From a virus, in IMG/VR virus record IMGVR_UViG_3300017917_002938, positions 32,001 through 96,000 of that record: a DNA stretch of 64,000 nt; one strand, given 5' to 3'. Positions 30,757 to 36,569 of the stretch are shown one piece after another (within the stretch, counting starts at the first letter, position 1; each line of letters begins with the position of its first letter). Position numbers and translations under genes: made by a program. Under the pieces are notes generated by a model. It worked only from the letters and a program-made list of their open reading frames with translations, was not told the DNA's origin and searched no databases.

Positions 30757-31017
30757 TTAGGGTGAGGATATGAGTTTGATCCGGCAACGAAGCCGCTTAG
30801 CAATATGCAATTAGCAATATGCAATAAGCAGACCACAAAGCATAGGATTCCGTTTATCAACAAGCAGCGACTTTCGTCTTGTATGGAACGGAGCAACAAG
30901 CATGGGTTGGTCGGGATTGATCGGATTCGGGTTAACAAGGCCCAAACCTAGCTAGTAAGACATTTCAAGTGTCAACTAGATTGCAACAACGCCCCCTTCA
31001 CTCCCCCATACCCTCAA
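30757..31017 (-). ncRNA. Unannotated structured RNA with tandem heptamers
   Basis: 5'/3' closing stem GAGGGTATGGG/CTCATATCCTC, several hairpins, five tandem TGCWWAK units. Confidence 0.6.
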
Positions 31018-31021
31018 AACT

Positions 31022-31603
31022 TTATAGAATACCTTCCGCTTTAAGAGTCTGAACGGTTAGTTCAGACAATGTAATCAAGGTATTGACATTGAGTTGTAAG
31101 AGTTTATCTTGCAGCTCTTGACGATCACGCTTGAGGTTTCTAACTGCATTTTTTGCAGCGTCAATATCTGATTGCAACACTACGCTGGTTTCAACGTTGT
31201 TAAAACGGTCACCGTAAATGGATGCACGCGCAGAATCGGAAGGTTGTTCTTTGAACTTTTGAATTCGTGCACTGATTTCAATCTGACTCTTACGAGGTTT
31301 GAGACCTGCAATCACACTATGTACGGCCATAGAAGCGTCTGTAGCTTCTACTTCTGCTAAGATAGTGTTAATGTCAGCATCAGCATTAGCCTTACCTACG
31401 CGTTTACGAATGTCGTACATTGCGTTGATAAGTGATAGTTTACGAGTAACTGTATCGTTTAACTCTGCACGGTTTTTGGTAAGAGTATCTTCTACCCCAT
31501 CTGTAAACTCAGATACCTGAGTCTCAGATTCAAATTTTATTCCGTTAATAGTTTTACGAATCTCGGCTTGAATTGCATTAGCTTTACGTAGATTAACTTG
31601 CAT
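31022..31603 (-). CDS. Coiled-coil protein, weakly resembling the DIP1984/DUF6847 family
   Basis: ATG after AAGGA; NLRKANAIQAEI..YDIRKRVGKAN..LKRDRQELQDKLLQLNVNT. Confidence 0.6.
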   Translation of the reverse strand: MQVNLRKANAIQAEIRKTINGIKFESETQVSEFTDGVEDTLTKNRAELNDTVTRKLSLINAMYDIRKRVGKANADADINTILAEVEATDASMAVHSVIAGLKPRKSQIEISARIQKFKEQPSDSARASIYGDRFNNVETSVVLQSDIDAAKNAVRNLKRDRQELQDKLLQLNVNTLITLSELTVQTLKAEGIL

Positions 31604-31628
31604 GTTATTTCCTTTCAATCAATAATGT

Positions 31629-31658
31629 ATTCTATATGAATTTTTTAATAAGATCAAC
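31629..31658 (-). promoter_or_regulatory. Phage early promoter
   Basis: GTTGATCTTATT..TAGAAT, 17-nt spacer. Confidence 0.7.
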
Positions 31659-31659
31659 T

Positions 31660-31735
31660 TGGTGCTGCCTCGTGGGATCGAACCACGTTCCTCGGTTCTT
31701 CAGACCGGTGCTATGACCACATCAGCTAAAGCAGC
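31660..31735 (-). tRNA. tRNA-Phe(GAA)
   Basis: Cloverleaf, CCA. Confidence 0.88.
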
Positions 31736-31742
31736 ATTAAAT

Positions 31743-31817
31743 TGGTACCTGGTCACGGTTTCGAACCGCGGACCCTCTCCTTGTAAGGGAGACGCTCTAC
31801 CCCTGAGCTAACCAGGC
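31743..31817 (-). tRNA. tRNA-Val(TAC)
   Basis: Cloverleaf, CCA. Confidence 0.92.
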
Positions 31818-31828
31818 ATAATTCTCTT

Positions 31829-31904
31829 TGGGGTACTATAAGAGGATCGAACTCTTACTATCTCGGTCACAGCGAGAGGTGCAGACCACTACACTAATAG
31901 TACC
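31829..31904 (-). tRNA. tRNA-His(GTG)
   Basis: Cloverleaf, G-1:C73, CCA. Confidence 0.9.
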
Positions 31905-31914
31905 CCAAAAAGAA

Positions 31915-32148
31915 CTAAGTTATTTGTTTCTGTACTCTACCTATACGACTATTTTTACTCCAATCATATTTGGTTCCATCTGGACATTTTCCATCTTTGA
32001 CAGAATCTACTCCAAATTTACCAACAATCTCTGTAACGCCGTTTGTAATAGTTACAAACTTTCCATATGCTTTTGCAAACTCCAATGCATCATTCAATGT
32101 TGGACTTGCGTTTAGTATCATACCGTTTTCTATTTTAATATTCCACAT
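31915..32148 (-). CDS. Hypothetical protein
   Basis: 77 aa, AAGGA RBS, fits between tRNAs. Confidence 0.65.
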   Translation of the reverse strand: MWNIKIENGMILNASPTLNDALEFAKAYGKFVTITNGVTEIVGKFGVDSVKDGKCPDGTKYDWSKNSRIGRVQKQIT

Positions 32149-32157
32149 AAAAATCCT

Positions 32158-32231
32158 TGGCCGGGGTGCTAGGGCTCGAACCTAGAATAGCAGAGTCAAA
32201 GTCTGCGGTGTTACCATTACACTACACCCCA
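32158..32231 (-). tRNA. tRNA-Gln(TTG)
   Basis: Cloverleaf, CCA. Confidence 0.92.
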
Positions 32232-32239
32232 ATAATGAA

Positions 32240-32455
32240 TTTGTTGTAGTAGTGCCGCCATCGTTATCGGCACCATTCACCTGGATTAACTAGCCCGGGC
32301 AGGACTCGGTAAGTCACTTGGGATACTCATCCAGTTAGCAACCATACTGCGGCGATCTTCCGATCGCCCGGGAGTTGAACCCGTCCCCTTCTACTATATC
32401 AGTCCTTCGAAGAAACCTTTATAGCGTGACATTCTCTTGCTGACACTACAACAAA
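32240..32455 (-). ncRNA. Unannotated multi-stem RNA containing a T-arm mimic
   Basis: 11-bp closing stem TTTGTTGTAGT/ACTACAACAAA; nested GTCAC/GTGAC and AGGAC/GTCCT; CGGG-TTCAACT-CCCG; GGCGATC-GGAA-GATCGCC. Confidence 0.7.
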
Positions 32456-32458
32456 ACT

Positions 32459-32535
<77 letters not shown>

Positions 32536-32541
32536 ATAACT

Positions 32542-32615
32542 TGGTGCCCCTTGACAGAATCGAACTGCCGTACCCGGGTTACAAAGCCGGTGTAATACCA
32601 CTATACTAAAAGGGC
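32542..32615 (-). tRNA. tRNA-Thr(TGT)
   Basis: Cloverleaf, CCA. Confidence 0.88.
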
Positions 32616-32620
32616 AAAAA

Positions 32621-32695
32621 TGGCTCCGGTGGCTGGGATCGAACCAACGACCAATTGATTAACAGTCAACTGCACTACCGCTGTGCTACACCGGA
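32621..32695 (-). tRNA. tRNA-Asn(GTT)
   Basis: Cloverleaf, CCA. Confidence 0.92.
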
Positions 32696-32701
32696 ATAAC
32701 C

Positions 32702-32775
32702 TGGTTGCGGGAGAGGGAATCGAACCCCCATCTGGAGCTTATGAGACTCCTGAATTACCGTTACTCTATCCCGCG
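32702..32775 (-). tRNA. tRNA-fMet(CAT), initiator-type
   Basis: CGCGGG 5' end with C1:A72 mismatch, CAT anticodon. Confidence 0.82.
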
Positions 32776-32782
32776 TCAAAAT

Positions 32783-32857
32783 TGGCGGTCTCAAGGGGTA
32801 ACGATCCCCTTCTTTATGCGTGACAGGCATACGTGCGTCCATGAACACTTTGAGACC
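32783..32857 (-). tRNA. tRNA-Asp(GTC)
   Basis: Cloverleaf; atypical ATCGTTA T-loop. Confidence 0.85.
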
Positions 32858-33044
32858 TATATTCTTTGCACGGCTACGTTTTTCAAGTCGCCCCGTACTG
32901 AGTTTACAACCCTGTCGCCACCTTTGCTTATTCTGCTGTGTGGATCATCATACCAGATTCTGCTTACGTCTGCGCTAACGGTCTTCTGGACACCGGATCT
33001 TTATCGCGTAATCAAGCGCCTCTGCCACGCTGAGGAGCGGAAAC

Positions 33045-33133
33045 TGGTGGAAGTGGTAGGATTCGAACCTACAGCGTTTCTTATGTGGCGGATTTACAGT
33101 CCGTTGCCTTCAACCAATTCAGCACACACTTCC
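33045..33133 (-). tRNA. tRNA-Tyr(GTA)
   Basis: Cloverleaf with variable arm, CCA. Confidence 0.9.
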
Positions 33134-33138
33134 AATTT

Positions 33139-33222
33139 TGGTGCCCCAGGAGAGACTCGAACTCTCACGCCTTTCGACATTGGCTTCTAAGACCAACGTG
33201 TCTACCATTCCACCACCGGGGC
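33139..33222 (-). tRNA. tRNA-Leu(TAG)
   Basis: Cloverleaf with variable arm, CCA. Confidence 0.92.
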
Positions 33223-33226
33223 AAAT

Positions 33227-33382
33227 TACCATTTGTTTAGTGTTATCGTGCCTATTTGTCAACAATGTAGCTAGCACTGACAAGCGAATAACAGTTATAT
33301 CAGACAGTGTTGGTCGCACCCTTACTGTCGCGTAGTCATAGCGTCCTATGACGATACCTTTGATAACACTAAACAAATGGTA
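33227..33382 (-). repeat. 21-bp perfect inverted repeat enclosing three hairpins; one arm includes the tRNA-Glu ACCA end
   Basis: TACCATTTGTTTAGTGTTATC (33227-33247) / GATAACACTAAACAAATGGTA (33362-33382). Confidence 0.85.
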
Positions 33383-33453
33383 CACCGTACGGGAATCGAA
33401 CCCGTCTTACCAACGTGAAAGGCTGGTGTCCTAAACCGATAGACGAACGGTGC
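33378..33453 (-). tRNA. tRNA-Glu(TTC)
   Basis: Cloverleaf, CCA. Confidence 0.9.
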
Positions 33454-33480
33454 ATTTAACTTTTTTAAAGAACGAAACGA

Positions 33481-33510
33481 ATTATATTCTGCGATGGAAA
33501 ATAAATCAAC
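33481..33510 (-). promoter_or_regulatory. Phage early promoter inside tRNA array
   Basis: GTTGATTTATTT..TATAAT, 17-nt spacer. Confidence 0.8.
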
Positions 33511-33584
33511 TGGTCCTTTCGAGAGGTAACGATCCTCTGTCTCTCGGTTATCAGCCGAGTGCTCTACCTTTGAGCTACGAAAGG
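33511..33584 (-). tRNA. tRNA-Ile(GAT)
   Basis: Cloverleaf; atypical ATCGTTA T-loop. Confidence 0.85.
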
Positions 33585-33585
33585 T

Positions 33586-33660
33586 TGGTGGTAATGAAGA
33601 GACTCGAACTCCTAACCTACACCGTATGAAGGTGCCGCACTACCATTGTGCTACATTACC
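33586..33660 (-). tRNA. tRNA-Met(CAT), elongator-type
   Basis: Cloverleaf, G1:C72, CCA. Confidence 0.82.
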
Positions 33661-34193
33661 AGTCTAGATGGTTTTACAGCCTGCAATGCAAACTTTAGCG
33701 TATCGTCGGTCTGAAAGTCTAAATGTACACATTTAAAATCTGCCTTATAGATATACCTAAAATCTGACATCGATGTCTTACCAATTTGCCTTGTGTATTC
33801 GGATTGATCGAGAAATATAAGAGATTCTTTTTGAATCACTCTCGTATGACTCGGATCTCCCCATACCCAGGGCGAGTTAATATTTGGACAGGTAGCCATC
33901 AAGAAACCTCCTGGTTTCAGAATTCTCCAGAACTCACTAAACTGAGCAAAGAAAAATTTATAGTCTCCCTGTCTTCCGGTATGTTCTAGAACTTCATATG
34001 CATGAATTTCATCAAACGTATTATCCTCAAAAACCGAATATGGTATGTTACAAAGATCCCACACTATATCCGGTTTATGATCGCGGTTAATATCAAGGGT
34101 AGTTAGATTATTCCATTCAGGATTACCATCATGAATGACTTTCTCTCTACGACTACCACATCCAATTAATAGTTCTTTTTTATAGTTTACCAT
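33651..34193 (-). CDS. Class I SAM-dependent methyltransferase (Methyltransf_11-like)
   Basis: LLIGCG, FDEIHAYEVLEH, WRILKPGG, WGDPSHTR. Confidence 0.85.
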   Translation of the reverse strand: MVNYKKELLIGCGSRREKVIHDGNPEWNNLTTLDINRDHKPDIVWDLCNIPYSVFEDNTFDEIHAYEVLEHTGRQGDYKFFFAQFSEFWRILKPGGFLMATCPNINSPWVWGDPSHTRVIQKESLIFLDQSEYTRQIGKTSMSDFRYIYKADFKCVHLDFQTDDTLKFALQAVKPSRLVM

Positions 34194-34290
34194 ATAGAAA
34201 CATACTAAATCTGCGACACCGTCAAATGCCGCATCGCCTAGTTGACGCTAGACCGCCAGAGTGTGGCGTTCAGTATGTTTTTATATGGTA
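34188..34290 (-). repeat. 19-bp inverted repeat joining the tRNA-Lys ACCA end to the methyltransferase start codon
   Basis: 34188-34206 / 34272-34290, one mismatch. Confidence 0.8.
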
Positions 34291-34360
34291 GGGGCACAGA
34301 GAATCGAACTCTGATTAATAGGTTAAAAGCCTACTACTTTAGCCGTTAAGTTATACCCCC
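34286..34360 (-). tRNA. tRNA-Lys(TTT)
   Basis: Cloverleaf, CCA. Confidence 0.9.
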
Positions 34361-34482
34361 AGCAATTCTTGTTTTTGAGCTCTACGTAGTGCCTTATTAG
34401 ACTTACGATGAACTCCTGCTTTACGAAAAAGCGCTAAACGAACGAAGCAGTTACGTTCGCGCGCGATGGGTTTTCGTTTCAT
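34351..34482 (-). CDS. Small basic protein (43 aa) with stop inside tRNA-Lys
   Basis: GAGG RBS; MKRKPIARERNCFVRLALFRKAGVHRKSNKALRRAQKQELLGV*. Confidence 0.7.
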   Translation of the reverse strand: MKRKPIARERNCFVRLALFRKAGVHRKSNKALRRAQKQELLGV

Positions 34483-34580
34483 TTTTTCCTCACTTTAAGT
34501 TTTTGTCGATTACTACTATTAGTATTATTACGATAAGAAGTACTGAGACCGCCCCATGTTGTTTCTCCTTAACAAGTCTA

Positions 34581-34610
34581 ATTATAGATGTAGTTGGAAA
34601 ATAAGGCAAC
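34581..34610 (-). promoter_or_regulatory. Phage early promoter
   Basis: GTTGCCTTATTT..TATAAT, 17-nt spacer. Confidence 0.75.
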
Positions 34611-34638
34611 AACTTTTTTTCTAACTATTTCTAGTTAC

Positions 34639-34716
34639 TGGAGTGTCGAGTCAGATTTGAACTGACGGCTTTACGGGTTTGCAATCCGTTCCCTTGGACC
34701 TCTCGGGCATCGACAC
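34639..34716 (-). tRNA. tRNA-Cys(GCA)
   Basis: Cloverleaf, U73, CCA. Confidence 0.88.
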
Positions 34717-34721
34717 ATATC

Positions 34722-34795
34722 TGGTGCTGCTAGGAGGTAACGATCCTCCGTTTCCGCCTTACCAAGGCGGTGTAATACCTTTATACTATAGCAGC
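34722..34795 (-). tRNA. tRNA-Thr(GGT)
   Basis: Cloverleaf; atypical ATCGTTA T-loop. Confidence 0.85.
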
Positions 34796-34800
34796 AAAAA

Positions 34801-34888
34801 TGGCGGAGGGTATCAGACTCGAACTGATGCGCCCATTTCTGAACGACGGTTTAGCAAACCGCTGGTTTAACCGCTCACCCAACCCTCC
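34801..34888 (-). tRNA. tRNA-Ser(GCT)
   Basis: Cloverleaf with long variable arm, G73, CCA. Confidence 0.92.
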
Positions 34889-35475
34889 TAAGTAGCAAAC
34901 TTCCACTCTGTTTTTTCTTTAAACCCTACCTCACCACCTTGCTCTTTTATTCTTTTGAACACCTCTTCAAGCAGTATTGGTCTAAAGTCAATCTGCTCAA
35001 CACAGACAGAGAAATAGCGAGGATCAATTTTTTTTCCATGTTTAGTAAATCCATCATCCATTTTTACTCTATTCGAATGGAGATGTCCATGAACGTTGCA
35101 GCCAAACCGATACAGTTGGTCAGGGTGCACTGGTACATGAGTAAAAATACAACCGTTCATTACATGGCTGCCTCTGATATCTCTAAAGTATTGAGTGTAT
35201 TCTTCAAGTTTAAAAATATCGTGGTTACCTTTAATCAACACTTTGTCTCCGTTCAACCGACCTAGCGTTTTTAATGCTTTACGGTTGATAACAACGTCGC
35301 CTAGATGATATACTTTGTCATTGGGTCGAACAGTTTCGTTCCACCGCTTGACCATTTCTTCATCCATCTCATCCGGGTTATCCCACGGCCTGAGCTTCTC
35401 TCCGTCTTCACGTGTAAATCGGCATACGCCGGCGTGACCGAAGTGCGTATCGCTAACTACGAATACCGATGGCAT
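34888..35475 (-). CDS. Calcineurin-like metallophosphoesterase
   Basis: SDTHFGH, LGD, KGNHD, THVP, HGHLH. Confidence 0.92.
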   Translation of the reverse strand: MPSVFVVSDTHFGHAGVCRFTREDGEKLRPWDNPDEMDEEMVKRWNETVRPNDKVYHLGDVVINRKALKTLGRLNGDKVLIKGNHDIFKLEEYTQYFRDIRGSHVMNGCIFTHVPVHPDQLYRFGCNVHGHLHSNRVKMDDGFTKHGKKIDPRYFSVCVEQIDFRPILLEEVFKRIKEQGGEVGFKEKTEWKFAT

Positions 35476-35495
35476 ATACGCCTCCTTTCATGTTA

Positions 35496-35590
35496 TGGTA
35501 CTCCCGACAGGATTCGAACCTGTATCATCCCCTCATCTAGAGGCATCGCCGAGGTATAAGCTCGGAGTTTTACCGTTAAACTACAGGAGC
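35496..35590 (-). tRNA. tRNA with TAT anticodon (nominal Ile) and long variable arm
   Basis: 7-bp acceptor, CCGAG-CTTATAC-CTCGG anticodon arm, ~24-nt variable region, TTCGAAT T-loop, ACCA. Confidence 0.75.
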
Positions 35591-35598
35591 ATCTAAAG

Positions 35599-35672
35599 TG
35601 GTCTGGGTGGCAAGAATCGAACTTGCACCTCAAGTATCCAAGACTCGTCGACTACCACTATCCTACACCCAG
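35599..35672 (-). tRNA. tRNA-Pro(TGG), second copy
   Basis: C1:G72, A73, TGG anticodon. Confidence 0.82.
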
Positions 35673-35680
35673 ATAAAAAT

Positions 35681-35756
35681 TGGTGGACCGGCGGGGTAAC
35701 GATCCCCGATCTTCGCATTGCAAGTGCGACGTGTAGCCCTCTATCACTACCAGCCC
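35681..35756 (-). tRNA. tRNA-Ala(TGC)
   Basis: G3:U70; atypical ATCGTTA T-loop. Confidence 0.87.
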
Positions 35757-35806
35757 AAAATGACTTACTACTTGTCCTATTATACGCCATAAGTCAAGGC
35801 GAGTTT

Positions 35807-35899
35807 TGGCGGAGACGGTGAGACTCGAACTCACACACCCATTTCTGAGCCTTCGGTTTTCAAGACCGCTGCCGCTATGCCGATTCGGCTAACATCTCC
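35807..35899 (-). tRNA. tRNA-Ser(TGA)
   Basis: Cloverleaf with long variable arm, CCA. Confidence 0.92.
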
Positions 35900-35904
35900 T
35901 TATT

Positions 35905-35978
35905 TGGAGCGGATAGGGGAAATCGAATCCCACTCTGCACAGCTTGGAAGGCTGGCGACACACCTCGTGCTTACCCGC
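35905..35978 (-). tRNA. tRNA-Gly(TCC), reduced D-arm
   Basis: GCGG acceptor, U73, TCC anticodon. Confidence 0.78.
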
Positions 35979-35982
35979 ATAA

Positions 35983-36061
35983 ACCATATAAAAGTTCTTT
36001 GCTCAGTATGGACTCTGACTATGCCTTGTCGTTACAAGCATTCAAAGAACTTTTATATGGT
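35983..36061 (-). repeat. 19-bp perfect inverted repeat including the tRNA-Leu(CAA) ACCA end
   Basis: ACCATATAAAAGTTCTTTG (35983-36001) / CAAAGAACTTTTATATGGT (36043-36061). Confidence 0.85.
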
Positions 36062-36139
36062 ACCCCTGCTCGGACTCGAACCGAGACTTACTAACACTCC
36101 TTTTGAGAGAGCTGCCTTTACCAATTTGGCCACAGGGGC
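36058..36139 (-). tRNA. tRNA-Leu(CAA)
   Basis: Cloverleaf, CCA. Confidence 0.88.
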
Positions 36140-36142
36140 ACA

Positions 36143-36217
36143 TGGAGCGGGCAGCGAGGATCGAACTCGCAACTAAACCTTGGCAAGGTCTCGTGTTACC
36201 ATTAGCACCATGCCCGC
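36143..36217 (-). tRNA. tRNA-Gly(GCC)
   Basis: Cloverleaf, CCA. Confidence 0.92.
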
Positions 36218-36223
36218 ATCATA

Positions 36224-36299
36224 TGGCCGGTCCTGAGAGAATCGAACTCCCACTTCAGCGTTCGTAGCGCTGCGTAATCATCCATTTTACTAAGGACCG
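36224..36299 (-). tRNA. tRNA-Arg(ACG)
   Basis: Cloverleaf, CCA; first tRNA of the array. Confidence 0.9.
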
Positions 36300-36330
36300 A
36301 CTAAATCGTGTTCTAAATTGTTAATGAGCA

Positions 36331-36360
36331 ATTGTAGTTGAGGTAAAAAAATAAATCAAC
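36331..36360 (-). promoter_or_regulatory. Phage early promoter just upstream of the first tRNA
   Basis: GTTGATTTATTT..TACAAT, 17-nt spacer. Confidence 0.75.
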
Positions 36361-36380
36361 TACTTTTTTTGCTAAAGAGC

Positions 36381-36419
36381 AAACAAAAACCCCAGGGTGT
36401 TTAGTCCTGGGGCTTGTGT
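36381..36419 (-). terminator. Intrinsic terminator (attenuator) upstream of tRNA array
   Basis: AAGCCCCAGG/CCTGGGGTTT stem followed by TTTTTGTTT; 5' strand alternatively pairs with 36445-36458. Confidence 0.85.
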
Positions 36420-36440
36420 TAGATCTCTAGATACTATTGG

Positions 36441-36566
36441 CTACACACAAACCCCTGGTGATGGATACTCAATGGCATTACCTCCAAATGAGCGGCCACA
36501 CTGACTCCATGTTACGTCTAGCGTAACGGAGTGTTTCAGCGATGTGGGTATGAGTGTTTGCATCAT
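36441..36566 (-). CDS. Putative attenuator leader peptide containing all 20 amino acids
   Basis: MMQTLIPTSLKHSVTLDVTWSQCGRSFGGNAIEYPSPGVCV*; directly below a -10 box; last codons form the antiterminator strand. Confidence 0.75.
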   Translation of the reverse strand: MMQTLIPTSLKHSVTLDVTWSQCGRSFGGNAIEYPSPGVCV

Positions 36567-36569
36567 AGT

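Noticed and set aside
30796-30830. Possible CRISPR or mini-array
   Set aside because: Only 7-nt tandem units with no spacers; no repeat-spacer array or cas gene seen in the window.
30753-30938. 61-aa ORF on the minus strand
   Set aside because: TTG start without RBS and a Cys/Leu-rich product generated by the heptamer repeats; better explained as structured RNA.
33028-33043. GCTGAGGAGCG resembling the SAH riboswitch core
   Set aside because: On the non-transcribed strand, and the rest of the motif is missing.
34490-34557. Strong RBS plus ATG before a hydrophobic stretch
   Set aside because: As given, the frame reads only MGRSQYFLS*; the hydrophobic peptide is in another frame, so possibly an indel or decayed gene; unsupported as a CDS.
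35770-35797. TTGACT and TATAAT hexamers on the minus strand
   Set aside because: Only 7 nt apart, incompatible with a sigma70 promoter.
32705-36176. ORF-track entries over the tRNA array (32705-33190, 33119-33385, 33138-33335, 34679-34870, 35593-35790, 35877-36176, also 31828-32115)
   Set aside because: They overlap or are antisense to clear tRNA genes and lack an RBS; shadow ORFs.
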